From Octopus sinensis (Eukaryota): DNA of 64,000 bases. The translations under genes and the position numbers were made by a program. Below are positions 39,118 through 51,759 of the stretch, in pieces. Numbering within the stretch: the first letter of the stretch is position 1; each line of letters opens with the position of its first letter. The notes beneath the pieces are model-generated. The model ran no database searches, was not told where the DNA came from, and saw only the letters and a list, made by a program, of their open reading frames with translations. The stretch lies in NCBI RefSeq assembly GCF_006345805.1, contig NC_042998.1, positions 185,008,001 through 185,072,000 of the forward strand, read 5' to 3'.

Positions 39118-39847
39118 GTGCGAGAAGAAATTATACTGGAGATAAAAATTACAGAAAATATAGACTACAGAAAGTACACAAAGTATAAAGATTACATGAC
39201 GGATATATGGTGAATTGAAAGGCGTGATGCTGCTATGTAGAAAACCTATTCCATCGGTCAGTTGAGAATATAGACAACTTCCACTTTTAATGTCTTTTGC
39301 ATATTGTAGTATATTAACCAACACCGATGTTGCTTGCATGATAAAGCAACTTAGTTTGTATTACCCGAAACATAAATATCTCTAAACGAAAGAAGTCAGA
39401 ATGAGAATACTCAGTGAACTCGTAGAGATTATTATTGCTAATAAAGAAACTCTTTTTGCGGTGGCACCGTAGTACTAATACCATGCAAAGTTCTTTTTTG
39501 CTTAATACACATATGCAGCTAATATGAAAGAAAGCTGTTCTGTGGTTGCTCGTCTTGTTAGGAAAAAACGCAAAATCTCTCTCAAACAGCATCTTACTTC
39601 GTTAACAGAAAGGACATAAGAAATATGTAATTCTAAAGATTATCGAAAGGCGGGAAGGTCACAGTTTGAAAGCCTTTTCATTATAGGTTTACTTGGTCGA
39701 GAGTGACTTGGGACGAATCACTAACAGCACCGTAAATGAAAAAAATATTTACGTTTAACCTTCTTTAAAATATCAGTTTTTGTGTGGAAGCCACAAAAAT
39801 CTAAATGTTAATACAGGCATACAACTGCGTGCAAATTTGTGTGGTCC

Positions 39848-39880
<33 letters not shown>

Positions 39881-40209
39881 AGATATATTACGACTGATAA
39901 TATGCAAACTACCGGATAACGATACATGAATTAGAAGGTACATTTATCGAACTCCTAAAATATAGATTACAACACAAAATATAATGACAAACAAATAAAA
40001 TAATTGGAATATTAAATAGCAATAACAAATAAAAAATAATAACTGATATACACTAATTACATTGATTAATTTAGTCAATGATAATTAGTAGGTATTGTCT
40101 CGATTATGTTCTTAGGGTTTCTGCAACATCTTCGGTTATCAAATATTATTGAGCTTTTCAGCTTGATTCCAATTCTCGAATTCTCTGGTTATAATCGCAT
40201 TCTCCCTTT

Positions 40210-40250
<41 letters not shown>

Positions 40251-40282
40251 TCCTTCTTACATACACACAAACATACACACAC

Positions 40283-40317
<35 letters not shown>

Positions 40318-40515
40318 CATATATATATACACACACACACACACACATATATATATACACGCAAAAAAGTATATGTATATGCATATATATATATGTATAT
40401 ATATATATATACATACGTATATGTATATATATATGTGTGTGTGCGTGTGTATATATATATATGTGTGTGTGTGTATGTGTGTGTGTGTATATGTATGTAT
40501 TCTCTCCACTCGTAC

Positions 40516-40578
40516 CAGTTTTCTTCCAGAACAATCTGTATCTTTTTCTATAAAACCGTTTCGTTCCGCCAGTTCCAT
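40516..40578 (-). CDS. Candidate first coding exon MELAERNGFIEKDTDCSGRKL (unknown gene)
   Basis: AAAATGG start context, 21 codons, donor CTG|GTACGA followed by microsatellite; lies about 80-290 bp downstream of the CpG/ETS island. Confidence 0.3.
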
Positions 40579-40654
40579 TTTCCTTTTTATTATTTTTTTT
40601 TTTACACATTTTTTTTGTTCTTATTATAACTCTCAACTTTTTATTTTGTTTTTT

Positions 40655-40870
40655 GTTACCGGCACCACTCGATGTGGTGGACAAAAAGATGATGACAGTT
40701 AAACACGCATCGCTTCCGCAGAGTCGGAAGTAGGCCTGATTAAACTGCCGGAAGTCGACGATCGAAAAGATACCGTGCACAAGTTCGGTCCAAAACACCG
40801 CCGAACGGAAATCACGTGATACTCGTAAAGCTGATTTCATATTCAAGTAATTGTGCCGTCTACGCATAAT
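40655..40870. promoter_or_regulatory. CpG-rich promoter-like island with ETS sites and an E-box
   Basis: 19 CpG in about 210 bp; CTTCCG 40713-40718, CGGAAGT 40725-40731, CCGGAAGT 40748-40755, CGGAAAT 40806-40812, ATCACGTGAT 40811-40820. Confidence 0.45.
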
Positions 40871-41457
40871 TGAAAGTAGACAAGAGTTTTTACTATATTA
40901 GCTGGAAATTGTAACAGGAACTGAGACAAACGCCTTGAGGGTAAAATATGACTGATTCTGTCATAGATTTTTTTCTTATTTTTATTATTGTGTAATAGCG
41001 GTGATTGGCACAACGGCAAAAGGCTGGAGTAAAATACAGTGCGATATCTACTTACATCCTTTACGTACTGTGTTCAAATCTCACCGACGTCTTCTTTCCA
41101 GAATCTATAACATAACGATATAATCGCTTATACCCTCCCACAAATTGTGTGGCCTTGTGCAAGTATTTCTTTTATTAATTATTGATACTGTCTTAAGCTT
41201 TATTAATTATAAAGTGAATGGGAAAACCAGCAAAGTGCCGCTTAGAGTTGCCTCATTCAATCACGTCCCTTTATATTTTGAGTTAATCCTACCAGAGTTT
41301 ATGTTTTGCAATCTCTCTCCCCAATATCGTTCAAAACAGCTACGTACTGGATAGATTTAATAAGAAGCTCCATCATTTGTGAATGATGAAAATTCTGCTA
41401 TCGTCATCATCATCCTCATCGTTGTTGTTGCTGATGTTGTTATTATAATTATTATTA

Positions 41458-41493
<36 letters not shown>

Positions 41494-41495
41494 GA

Positions 41496-41651
41496 AGTGG
41501 CTGTGTGGTAAGTAGCTTGCTTACAAACCACATGGTTTTGGGGTTCAGTCCCACTGCGTGGCAACTTGGGCATGTGTCTTCTACTATAGCCTCGGGCCGA
41601 CCAAAGCCTTGTGAGTGGATTTGGTAGACGGAAACTGAAAGAAGCCCGTCG

Positions 41652-41718
<67 letters not shown>

Positions 41719-41921
41719 TTGTGTGTCTGTGTTTGTCCCCCCAACATCGCTTGTCAACCGATGCTGGTGCGTTTACGTCCTCGTAACTTAGCGGTTCAGC
41801 AAAAGAGAATAAGTACTAGGCTCACAAAGAATAAGTCGTGGGGTCGATTTGCTCGACTAAAGGCGGTGCTCCAGCATGGCCACAGTCAAATGACTGAAAC
41901 AAGTAAAAGTGTAAAAGAGTA
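41496..41921 (+). mobile_element. SINE family B, full length
   Basis: Complete head, core and tail; preceded by (TTA)n. Confidence 0.92.
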
Positions 41922-43497
41922 TTATATAGGGTGGCGTGAAACTAAATTACATGATGTGTCGCTTATATAAACAAACATTAAGTGAGTGAAGATTTTCCCG
42001 GAAGAACATGGACAGACCAGAGAAACTACATTGGCTTCCCTTAATACAGTTCATCACAAAGCCTCCTAATGATCACGACTATATACAACACGAGCAGAGT
42101 TCAGATGAAAGTTACCTTGGATGTCTGAAGACTCAGGTGCTATGTTAAGGTAACACTGCCATCAAGAGACGAAAGAGACTTACTGTCATCAAAAGAGACG
42201 GAAGAGAGAGTAATTTCTAATGAAGGAGGCGAACAAGAGAGGTATAATTGATAATTTCCAGTCCGTAACTCTGCTAATTACCGAGTTTAAGATTTAAGCC
42301 AAAGCCAAGTTGCTAACAAACTGATAGTGTGGTCGGGAAAATACAGACCTGCTTGAACCAAGAAAAATCCATCCGCAACATACGTGATTAACGTATCTGG
42401 CTTCAATGAGATTCTTATCAATTCAAATCAGTAGAAAGTTTTCGTTAATATTGGAGGTCACCATCAGAATGGGCTCTTTTGTTCCCGTTTTCAGTATCCA
42501 TTGCTTTAAAGAAGGATGATATCTATTTGGTGGTCAAACTAAATGACCAGCTATCCGAATTTAATCTAGATCCACCACTACGGAAACTTGATGTACATCA
42601 GATCATTCCGTTCGAAATGGGACGTACCGTCGTCGTCAATGTTTTTTGTTTTATATATATATAGACATAAGTCATTCCTAATCGAGCAGACCGGTAGTCA
42701 AAGATCTTCGAGCTGTGACCGTCCCGTTATCAATTTTTTCTTTTTTTATTTCTCTGCATATCTTCCGAGTATATAGGATCACATTATCTTGTTCTTTACT
42801 GGAGCGGTAAGATGTGAATCATCGTTGTTGGTGGTGATAGTGGTGGTGGCATAGTTGTTACTGAAACTGATTGTGGCAATGATGGTAGTTGTATTAGTTC
42901 TTGTGGGCGGTTTTGTTGCTTTTCCGTTCCTTGTGTTGTGGCTGCTATTGCAACTGTACATTCATTCATCACCATTCTTACAATGTATACAGATAGTAAT
43001 GCCATCCACAATGCATTTTTATGTAATATTTCACTAATATGAACGTTCAATAATTCGGCCATTCAATCCCTTACCTTTGCATGTGAGCACGAAACTATTG
43101 CAAAGCGTATACAAGCGTATATGTGTTTTTATGTGGGGTGTTTTTCTAATTATATAGATAGTGCTTCTACAGTGTAAAATCTAATATTAGTAGAGGTTGA
43201 CTAAGAGTTAATGTCCCAACCTCCTCTGTTATAAAATGAACACACGTATTTATTTGCCACGTCTTACAACTCCGGGGATATTAAATTCAGTGTGTGCGTT
43301 TTTTTTCTTTTCAGTATTATTTTTAATGCTATAATACACACCTATTTGTCTTACAGCACAATAACACTATTATCTTTTAACGTCGTCCGTCGCTCATCCA
43401 TACGTACGCTCATTTCCTTGCTGAACCAGATATACTATTGTGTTTGTTGTGAATCGTATCGTGACTATAAGTTGCAGTTAAGGATATTTTTTCTACT

Positions 43498-44344
43498 CTT
43501 TTCAACTCTAGGCACAAGGCCCGAAATTTTGGGGGAGAAGGCCAGTTGACTAGTACTTAATTTATCGACCCCGAAACAATGAAAGGCAAAGTCTACCTCG
43601 GCGGAATTTGAACTTAGAACATAAAGACAGACGAAGTACTGCTAAGCACTTCGCCCGGCGTGCTAACGGTACTGCCAGCTCGCCGCCGTATATCAGTAAA
43701 GAGTATTATCAAATTATTCTTTTCTCTTCTAGGCACGAGGCCCGAAATTTTGGAGGAGGGGGCCAGGCGATTAGATCGACCCCAGTATGCAACTGGTACT
43801 TACTTTATCGACCCCGGAGGAATGAAAGGCAAAGTCGACCTCGGTGAAATTTGAACTCAGAACGTAAAGACAGATGAAATACCTATTTCTTCACTACCCA
43901 CAAGGGGCTAAACACAGAGAGGAAAAACAAGGACAGACAAACGAATTAAGTCGATTATATCGACCCCAGTGCGTAACTGGTACTTGTTTAATCGACCCCA
44001 AAAGGATGAAAGGCAAAGTCGACCTCGGCAGAATTTGAACTCAGAACGTAGCGGCAGGCGAAATACAGCTAGGCATGCTAACGTTTCTGCTAGCTCGCGC
44101 CTTAGTAGGCAAAGATATTATCAAATTATTCATTTCTACTCTAGGCACAAGGACCGAAATTTTGGGGAAGGAGAACAGTCGATTATATCGACCCCAGTGC
44201 GTAACTGGTACTTGTTTAATAGACCCCGAAAGGATGAAAGGCAAAGCCGACCTCGGCTGAACTTGAACTCAGAACGTAAAGATAGATGAAATATCGCTCG
44301 GCAGTTCGCTCGGCTTGCTAACGTTTCTGCCAGCTCGCCGCCTT
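43498..44344 (-). mobile_element. Cluster of three SINE family A copies, one dimeric
   Basis: 43498-43687; 43722-44103 (junction 43878-43890); 44134-44344. Confidence 0.88.
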
Positions 44345-44417
44345 AACAGTTAGAAAACTGTTTTAAGGTATATGACCCAGTGCTAACATATGCGATATTT
44401 AAAGATCACCTGGTGCT

Positions 44418-44529
44418 TTCGTATTCAGTCCCAACGGACGGTGCCTTGGGTGAGTGTTTTCTATTATAGCCTTTTCTATCAATGCCTTGTGAATAATTTT
44501 GGTAGTCGGAAACAGTTTTGAAGCCTGTC

Positions 44530-44535
<6 letters not shown>
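44418..44535 (+). mobile_element. SINE family B 5' fragment
   Basis: ATTCAGTCCCAAC...GCCTTGGGTGAGTG...GAAGCCTGTCATATGTGTG. Confidence 0.6.
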
Positions 44536-44565
<30 letters not shown>

Positions 44566-44749
44566 TTGTCTTTGTGTTTGTGCGTGTGTGCTCGCGCATG
44601 TTTGTGTTGTGCATGTGAGTGTGTGTGCGTGTGCGTATGTGTGTGCGTGTGCTCCCTTACTGTTCAAGAACTGGAGTCGATGATATCGGTTTATCCCTCC
44701 TCTCAAAACTGCTGGTCTCCTGCCTAAATTAGAAACTAACATTATCACC

Positions 44750-44767
44750 ATCATCACTATCATAATC

Positions 44768-44803
<36 letters not shown>

Positions 44804-44841
44804 GTCGTCGTCGTCGTCGTCTTCATCATCATCATATCATC

Positions 44842-44886
<45 letters not shown>

Positions 44887-44941
44887 GTCATCATCATCAT
44901 CATCATCGTCATCATCATCATCATCATCGTCATCATCATCA

Positions 44942-44972
<31 letters not shown>
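44750..44972. repeat. (ATC)n/(GTC)n tract
   Basis: Direct reading. Confidence 0.95.
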
Positions 44973-45549
44973 TTATTCCATGTGTATTTCATAAAATCTC
45001 TGTATGGCAACGGAAATTAAACAGAACCTGTACTTGCAGCTTTATATTGCACGACCGACCTCTTCAGTTACCCAGAAACCGTTCTAAAAGTATCACGCAT
45101 TTGTGTTAGTGGAAGATAAGAATGGTAATTTAGAGGTCGATTGATACTTCTTTAGGAATAGCACGAATGCTGAAGCATCTTAAAACTTCTCAAATAGTTT
45201 CAAGTGTTTGAGAGAAGTAGAGGAGATCGTACAGCGGTGAACGAAAAAAAGAACGCAGTGATAAATCTATATGTAATTTAAATAAGATATTCGTTTGATT
45301 GCTGAATATGGCTAGCAAGCGAGCAACGGCTGCTCAGAGTTTCTTTATACAGGTCTGCAGTAATCACAAGAAGAAAGGATGGCATAGGTAGTAGGCGTCC
45401 AGCCAACCAGCTTAAAGGTCAGTCGTTCATATCCCGGCAATATATTGTATTCATGGCCAACCTTCGCACTTAAATCTCAACAGCCTAATTCACCTAACTG
45501 CAGAGATATATGAAGGACGTAAGCAGCTATTTATTAAAAAAAATTCATA

Positions 45550-45952
45550 GGCTGTGTGGTAAGAAGTTTGGTTCCCAACCACATGGTTCCGGGTTCAGTT
45601 CCACTGCGTGGCACCTTGAGCAAGTGTCTTCTACTATAGCCTCGGGCCGACCAAAGCCTTGTGAGTGAGCTTGATAGGCAGAAACTGAAAGAAGCCTCTC
45701 GCATATGTGTGTATGTGCGCGCGTGTTTATGTCTTTGTGTCTGTGTTTTTCTCCTCACCATCGCTTGACAACCGATGTTGGTGTGTTTACATAACCGTAA
45801 CTTATCGATTCAGCAAAAGTGACCGATAGAATAAGTACTAGGCTTACAAAGAATAAGTCCTGGAGTCGATTTGCTCGACTAAAATCCTTTAAAGTGGCGC
45901 TCCAGCATGGCTGCAGTCAAATGACTGAAACAAGTAAAAGAATAAAAGAATA
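45550..45952 (+). mobile_element. SINE family B, full length
   Basis: Head, core and tail present. Confidence 0.9.
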
Positions 45953-46245
45953 TATTCCATGTTGTGAACGGTAGTGTCATTGGTTAAAGGTTTCCAAGGC
46001 CCAGTCAGTGATGATTCACTATGTCTGAAGTAGCGAAAGGATTAAAGGATTACCTGAGTAACACGAAAGAAAATATTGCAAGGGATTTCGCTTTTGAGGT
46101 ATCACTTTATCAGTTTACTCACCACTGTTCATGTTTTTCATATATGCATTGTTGAATTTCAAGAAATTACGAGGATTATCTATGTATGTATGTATGCATG
46201 TATATGTATGCGTACATGTGTGTATAAACATATAGATAGATACAG

Positions 46246-46316
<71 letters not shown>

Positions 46317-46337
46317 GGAGGGAGAGGAAATGTACAT

Positions 46338-46541
46338 TGACGGCGTGTGTACCGTTGGCAATTTTTTTTCTTCCATCTTCCCTTCTTTGGATCTTTCCTT
46401 TTCCTATTTTTCTGACGAAGAGCTCCGCTCGAAACGTTATACCCCCCTTCTTTCCTTCTTTCCTGAGCGTCCAATAATACTATACTTGTTCCACGTCCTC
46501 GTGTTGTGTTTTCTCTTTGTGTTTTCATGTTTGGATTAACT
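46338..46541 (+). mobile_element. ~205-bp hammerhead-motif element, copy 2
   Basis: Reverse complement of 36556-36766; core CTGACGAAGAGCTCCGCTCGAAACGTT at 46412-46438 is identical; stem I mutated. Confidence 0.75.
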
Positions 46542-46866
46542 ATATATATATGTATGTATATATATGCATATATGGGTACAGGACGTCACCAACTGTGTAA
46601 ACAACATGAAATTCGGAAACAAGCGAGTTGAATACGCAAACAAGAGAAAAATGGAAAACAGGACAAGTAATAACAGAGAACGACCCTTCAGCTGTTGTCG
46701 GCGGTCTATTTACTCTTCATTTCCAACATTCAACAACAATATGAGTCAGTTGCTCCCATAAATTCCAAAATAAAATTTAGGATTTATGGCAGGTCAAAGT
46801 TGGGAACAAAAACAAGACAGTGGAGACATACAAGGAAGGCTCAGGAAAAGTGTCAGTCTTTGATGT

Positions 46867-47035
46867 GAGCTGGTAGAATCGTTAGCACGCCGGGTAAATT
46901 GCTTAGCAGCATTTCGTCTGTCGTTACATTCTGAGTCCTAATCCTGCCGAAGTCGACTTTACCTTTATCCTTTCGGGATCGATAAAATAAGTGCCCTCTA
47001 AATTACTGGCCTTGTGCCAAAATTTGAGACCATTA
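46867..47035 (+). mobile_element. SINE family A, shortened
   Basis: GAGCTGGTAGAATCGTTAGCACGCCGGG...GGCCTTGTGCC. Confidence 0.8.
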
Positions 47036-47076
47036 TTTTTAATTAGCAGAAAGTTGCACTTAGAATAACTTAAAGC

Positions 47077-47290
47077 ACCATCCGAGCGTGGCCGTTCGCC
47101 AGCCTCGTCTGGCACCTGTGTCGGTGGCACGTAAAAAGCACCCACTACACTCACGGAGTGGTAGGCGTTAGGAATGGCATCCAGCTGTTGAAACACTGCC
47201 AGATCTGACTGGGCCTGGTGCAGCCTTCTGGCTTCCCAGACCCCAGTTGAACCGTCCAGCCTATGCTAGCATGGAAAGCGGACGTTAAAC

Positions 47291-47320
<30 letters not shown>
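47077..47320 (+). mobile_element. SINE family D 3' portion with (GAT)n tail
   Basis: GGCGTTAGGAATGGCATCCAGCTG...GCATGGAAAGCGGACGTTAAAC(GAT)n, a retroposon-type 3' end. Confidence 0.6.
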
Positions 47321-47321
<1 letters not shown>

Positions 47322-47570
47322 ATGACAAGTATATATACTCATGCAGTAAATTCCGTATTTCTCTTTCAAGTTTTTATTCTTGTTGGATACTTTGAATTTG
47401 ATACAAAGTTTGGTGTGAATTGACTTTTCTTTCAATCCAGCATCTAGTTGAAGTCGGTATTCCTCTATATTCTTCAAATCCCCATAAAATCCGTACCAAA
47501 TATATCTATGTCCAGGCTGTCTCTACAAACCTCGTATTGGCAGCCTCAACAGTCGTATTATAATATATAC

Positions 47571-48439
47571 TTTTCTGTTCTAGGTACAAGGCCCAAAATT
47601 TTGCGCAGAGGAGAGGCCAGTCGATTAGATCGACCCCAGTACGCAGCTGGTACTTAATTTATCGATCCCGAAAGGATGAAAGGCAAAGTCGACCTCGACA
47701 GAATTTGAGCTCGGAACGTAAAAACAGATGAAGTACTGCTCAGCAATTCGCCCGGAATGCTAACGTTTCTTATTTCTTTATTGCCCACAAGGCAATAAAC
47801 ATAAAGGGGACAAACAAGGATAGACAAAGGGATCAAGTCGGTTACATCGACCCCAGTGCGTAACTGGTACTTAATTTATCGACCCCGAAAGGATGAAAGG
47901 CAAAGTCGACCTCGACGAAATTTCAACTCAGAACGCAGCGGCAGACGAAATACCTATTTTTTTACTACCCACAACGGGATAAAAAAACAGAGAGGACAAA
48001 CAATGACATACAAACGGATGAAGTCGATTATATCGACCCCAGTGCGTAACTGGTACTTAAGTTATCAACCCCGAAAGGATGAAAGGCAAAGTTGACCTCG
48101 GCGGAATTTGAACTCAGGACGTAACGGCAGACGAAATACGGCTACGCACTTCGCCCGGCGTGCTAACGTCTCTGCCAGCTCGCCGCCTTTATTCTTTAAA
48201 ATACCTGTTTCTTTACTACCCACAAGGGGCTAAACATAGAGTGGACAAACAAGGACAGACAAACGGATTAAGTCGATTACAACGACCCCAGTGCGTAACT
48301 GGTGCTTAATTTATCGACTCCGAAAGGATGAAAGGCAAAGTCGACTTCGGCGGAATTTGAACTCAGAACGTAACGGCAGACGAAATACGGCTACGCATTT
48401 CGCCCGGTGTGCTTAATGATTCTGCCAACTCGTCGCCTT
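47571..48439 (-). mobile_element. Tandem/nested array of SINE family A units
   Basis: About five GAAAGGATGAAAGGCAAAGT cores; junction 47948-47958; heads end near 47768, 48189 and 48439. Confidence 0.88.
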
Positions 48440-49784
48440 CGTATTATAATATATAGTTTAAGATGTCATACAAATACTAGTCGTAGTTGCAGTCATAGCC
48501 GTTCTCCCTTTCTTCATATGTTCCTTGCTGTTGTTGTTGCTGCTGTTTTCATTGTTTTTGTTGTCATGGTTATCGTCGTCGTCGTTGTCGTCGTTTTAAA
48601 TTCAATCACCGAAATAGCTGTAAACACAACTATGTACAACCTTATGTATATAACAGCTACAGAACAGCAAAAGACTTGCAGTGGATATGCAGTAGAAACA
48701 CAGTAGCTAGGCAGTAGGAAAGCGGCTGAGGTAATGACAATATTCTGTGTAGAAGAAGATCTGCATCTTCAGGCTACAACAGACAGGCAGTGAAGAATTT
48801 ACATACAAAAGTAGATGCATGCATCCGTGCACACACGCATACCTAGACACATACATATACATGTAAATATGTGTACGCACTGATGCCTGTATATACCTAT
48901 GTGCGTACATGTACAAATTAGAATTTTCGATAAATGAAATGGTAGAAATATTTAGAATTATTAATATAAAACGAAACAGGCGAGCGGATGGCGGGGGCGG
49001 AATAATACAGCGTCGCTTGAGAAGAGAATATTGAACGGATTTATATTAAGTTGTCAGCAGAGAAGACCTGCAGTGTCCTGCGTTGTGAAAGGTTCATAGA
49101 ATATGCACTCTTCACATGACTGATGTGTCTTCTTTATATAAGGTGGAACATGCATGAATGTTCTCGCATACTGCTACTAATATAGGGAGACTTTGGCTCT
49201 CAGGATCTGCATATTCACACACACGCAAACAAACACACACACACACACATACACACACACACACACTTACAGACATCTCTGTATACATAGCACATATATA
49301 TTTATGTAGATATGTGCCCATGAACGCACGCCACGCGTACTCACGCATATACGCACACACAGTTACACACATATACGTATATACATATCTATTGATCTAT
49401 CTGTCAGTCTGTCTATCTTACATACATACACACTCACACACACATATACATACAAGAGTTACGGAATGGAGTATGGGAAATCCGGGCTACACATGTTTCA
49501 TAGCGAGTAGAAACTCAGAAATGGGAAAATCCAAATGAGGTATATACCACCGGCTACTTTTAAGGCCACGGATATCTTGATGAGATTAAAGGCTACATTG
49601 TTCCAAGGAAGTACATGTTGAGGCAAAGAATCAACCAGAATGCATATATGTATATATTTGTGTGCGTATGTATGAGTGAGTGTGTGTGTATATATATAAT
49701 TATATTATATTATATTATATTACATTATATATATGTATATATGTATATGGATATGTATATATATATGAATATGTATATATATAT

Positions 49785-49818
<34 letters not shown>

Positions 49819-49904
49819 AAACACATTTATATACGTATATATACTTATATATATATATATACATGTAAATGGATATGTAGATACCTATGTATGAATATAT
49901 ATAC

Positions 49905-49948
<44 letters not shown>

Positions 49949-50282
49949 GTTAATGTGTGTGTGTGTGTGTGTGTACACAAATGTTAGTCTAGAAGAAGTG
50001 TACTCAAAGAAGCATATCATAGAATGTGTTTGTTTATTTGTGTGAAGTCGATGACTCTCACTGTAGCCAGACAGATTTTCACGCGGATACTATTGTTTAA
50101 GCATTATTAGATATATCAGACGTCCATTATCTTTCCTACGCGTGCAACTCCGAATCGAATAACTGTGAAAGGAATTATTGACAAATGTACTTACATACAT
50201 CATGCATACATACATACATGCATCATACATTCATACATGCATACATACATATATACATACATACGCATGCATAGATATGCAC

Positions 50283-50343
<61 letters not shown>

Positions 50344-50453
50344 ATATATATATACACATACATTATATACACACATCTATATATATATATATATACACAT
50401 ACATATATATACACACATCTATATATACATATATGTACACATATATTTATGTC

Positions 50454-50501
<48 letters not shown>

Positions 50502-50680
50502 GCACATATATATGCACACACACACATTTATATATACATACATCTGTTTTCGGCATATTTAGCATTAGAATTTTTTTTTCTTTTGCCCTTGTTTATAAGT
50601 TGTTTATAAATTTAACCTTTAAAGGTATTTTTTAATATGCTGGCTATTGATAGAATTTTTTTCGAAAAATGTTATTCTAT

Positions 50681-51092
50681 AGGCGCAGGAGTGACTGTGT
50701 GGTAAGTAGCTTGCCAACCAACCACATGGTTCCGGGTTCAGTCCCACTGCGTGGCATCTTGGGCAAGTGTCTTCTGCTATAGCCCCGGGCCGACCAATGC
50801 CTTGTGAGTGGATTTGGTAGACGGAAACTGAAAGAAGCCTGTCGTATATATGTATATATATATATATGTATGTGTGTGTATGTTTGTGAGTCTGTGTTTG
50901 TCCCCCTAGCATTGCTTGACAACCGATGCTGGTGTGTTTACGTCCCCGTCAATTAGCGGTTCGGCAAAAGAGACCGATAGAATAAGTACTGGGCTTACAA
51001 AGAATAAGTCCCGGGGTCGATTTGCTCGACTAAAGGCGGTGCTCCAGCATGGCCGCAGTCAAATGACTGAAACAAGTAAAAATAAAAGAGTA
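50681..51092 (+). mobile_element. SINE family B, full length, young
   Basis: Starts AGGCGCAGGAGTGACTGTGTGG; tail GGCGGTGCTCCAGCATGGCCGCAGTCAAATGACTGAAAC 51035-51072. Confidence 0.93.
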
Positions 51093-51759
51093 TATTAAAT
51101 GTTAAGTTAATAGTGTTCACTTCTCTATGAGAGTTTTCAGTCCGATCGCATGTGTCTCGAGGTGTGCTGGAGAATTTCTATTTTGGATATATTTGGGGTA
51201 TTTAATTGTGCTCATGACTTAGTGTTTGCTTCTTCCATGGGTATAAGTAAGTATTTCATTTATTTCTTTGTCGCATTTATCACCGACGAAGAGAAAGTTC
51301 TTATGAATTAACTCTGAAATCGGGTCCGATTTGATAATAACGGAATTTTTTAGTAATTTCTGTCGACTTTCTCCGAAACGCGTGCTTATAGTGATGGATT
51401 ATATGGTTCTTGACGATGTGTCTGTTTTCGGCATATTTGGTATTAGACATTTTTTCTTTTGCCCTTGTTTATAAGTTGTATATATATATATATGCACACA
51501 CACACATATATTGTTGTATTTTGATTTCGAGACGATCATTTTTTTTGCCAAATAAACACACGCACTATATATTTGTTCTTCAATCGTTTATCACTGTTCT
51601 TTTTTTTTATTTTAATTCATGTCCATTGTCTGGAAATCTTTCGTCATACATCTGTGACCTCTTCAGCGATACTTTTCGTTTTCGTGTGTGCTTTTACTCC
51701 ATGCGTATCCTTGTATACAAATCGTTTGTAAAAAACATAAATCCGAAAGAAGAAGCACA

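Noticed and set aside
39314-39592. ORF ending ...KKELCMVLVLRCHRKKSFFISN, resembling a PLE C-terminus
   Set aside because: Similarity is limited to a few residues
42495-42623. Plus-strand exon candidate SIALKKDDIYLVVKLNDQLSEFNLDPPLRKLD with a good acceptor at 42494
   Set aside because: Donors are weak (GTACAT, GTACCG), no recognisable homology and no partner exons
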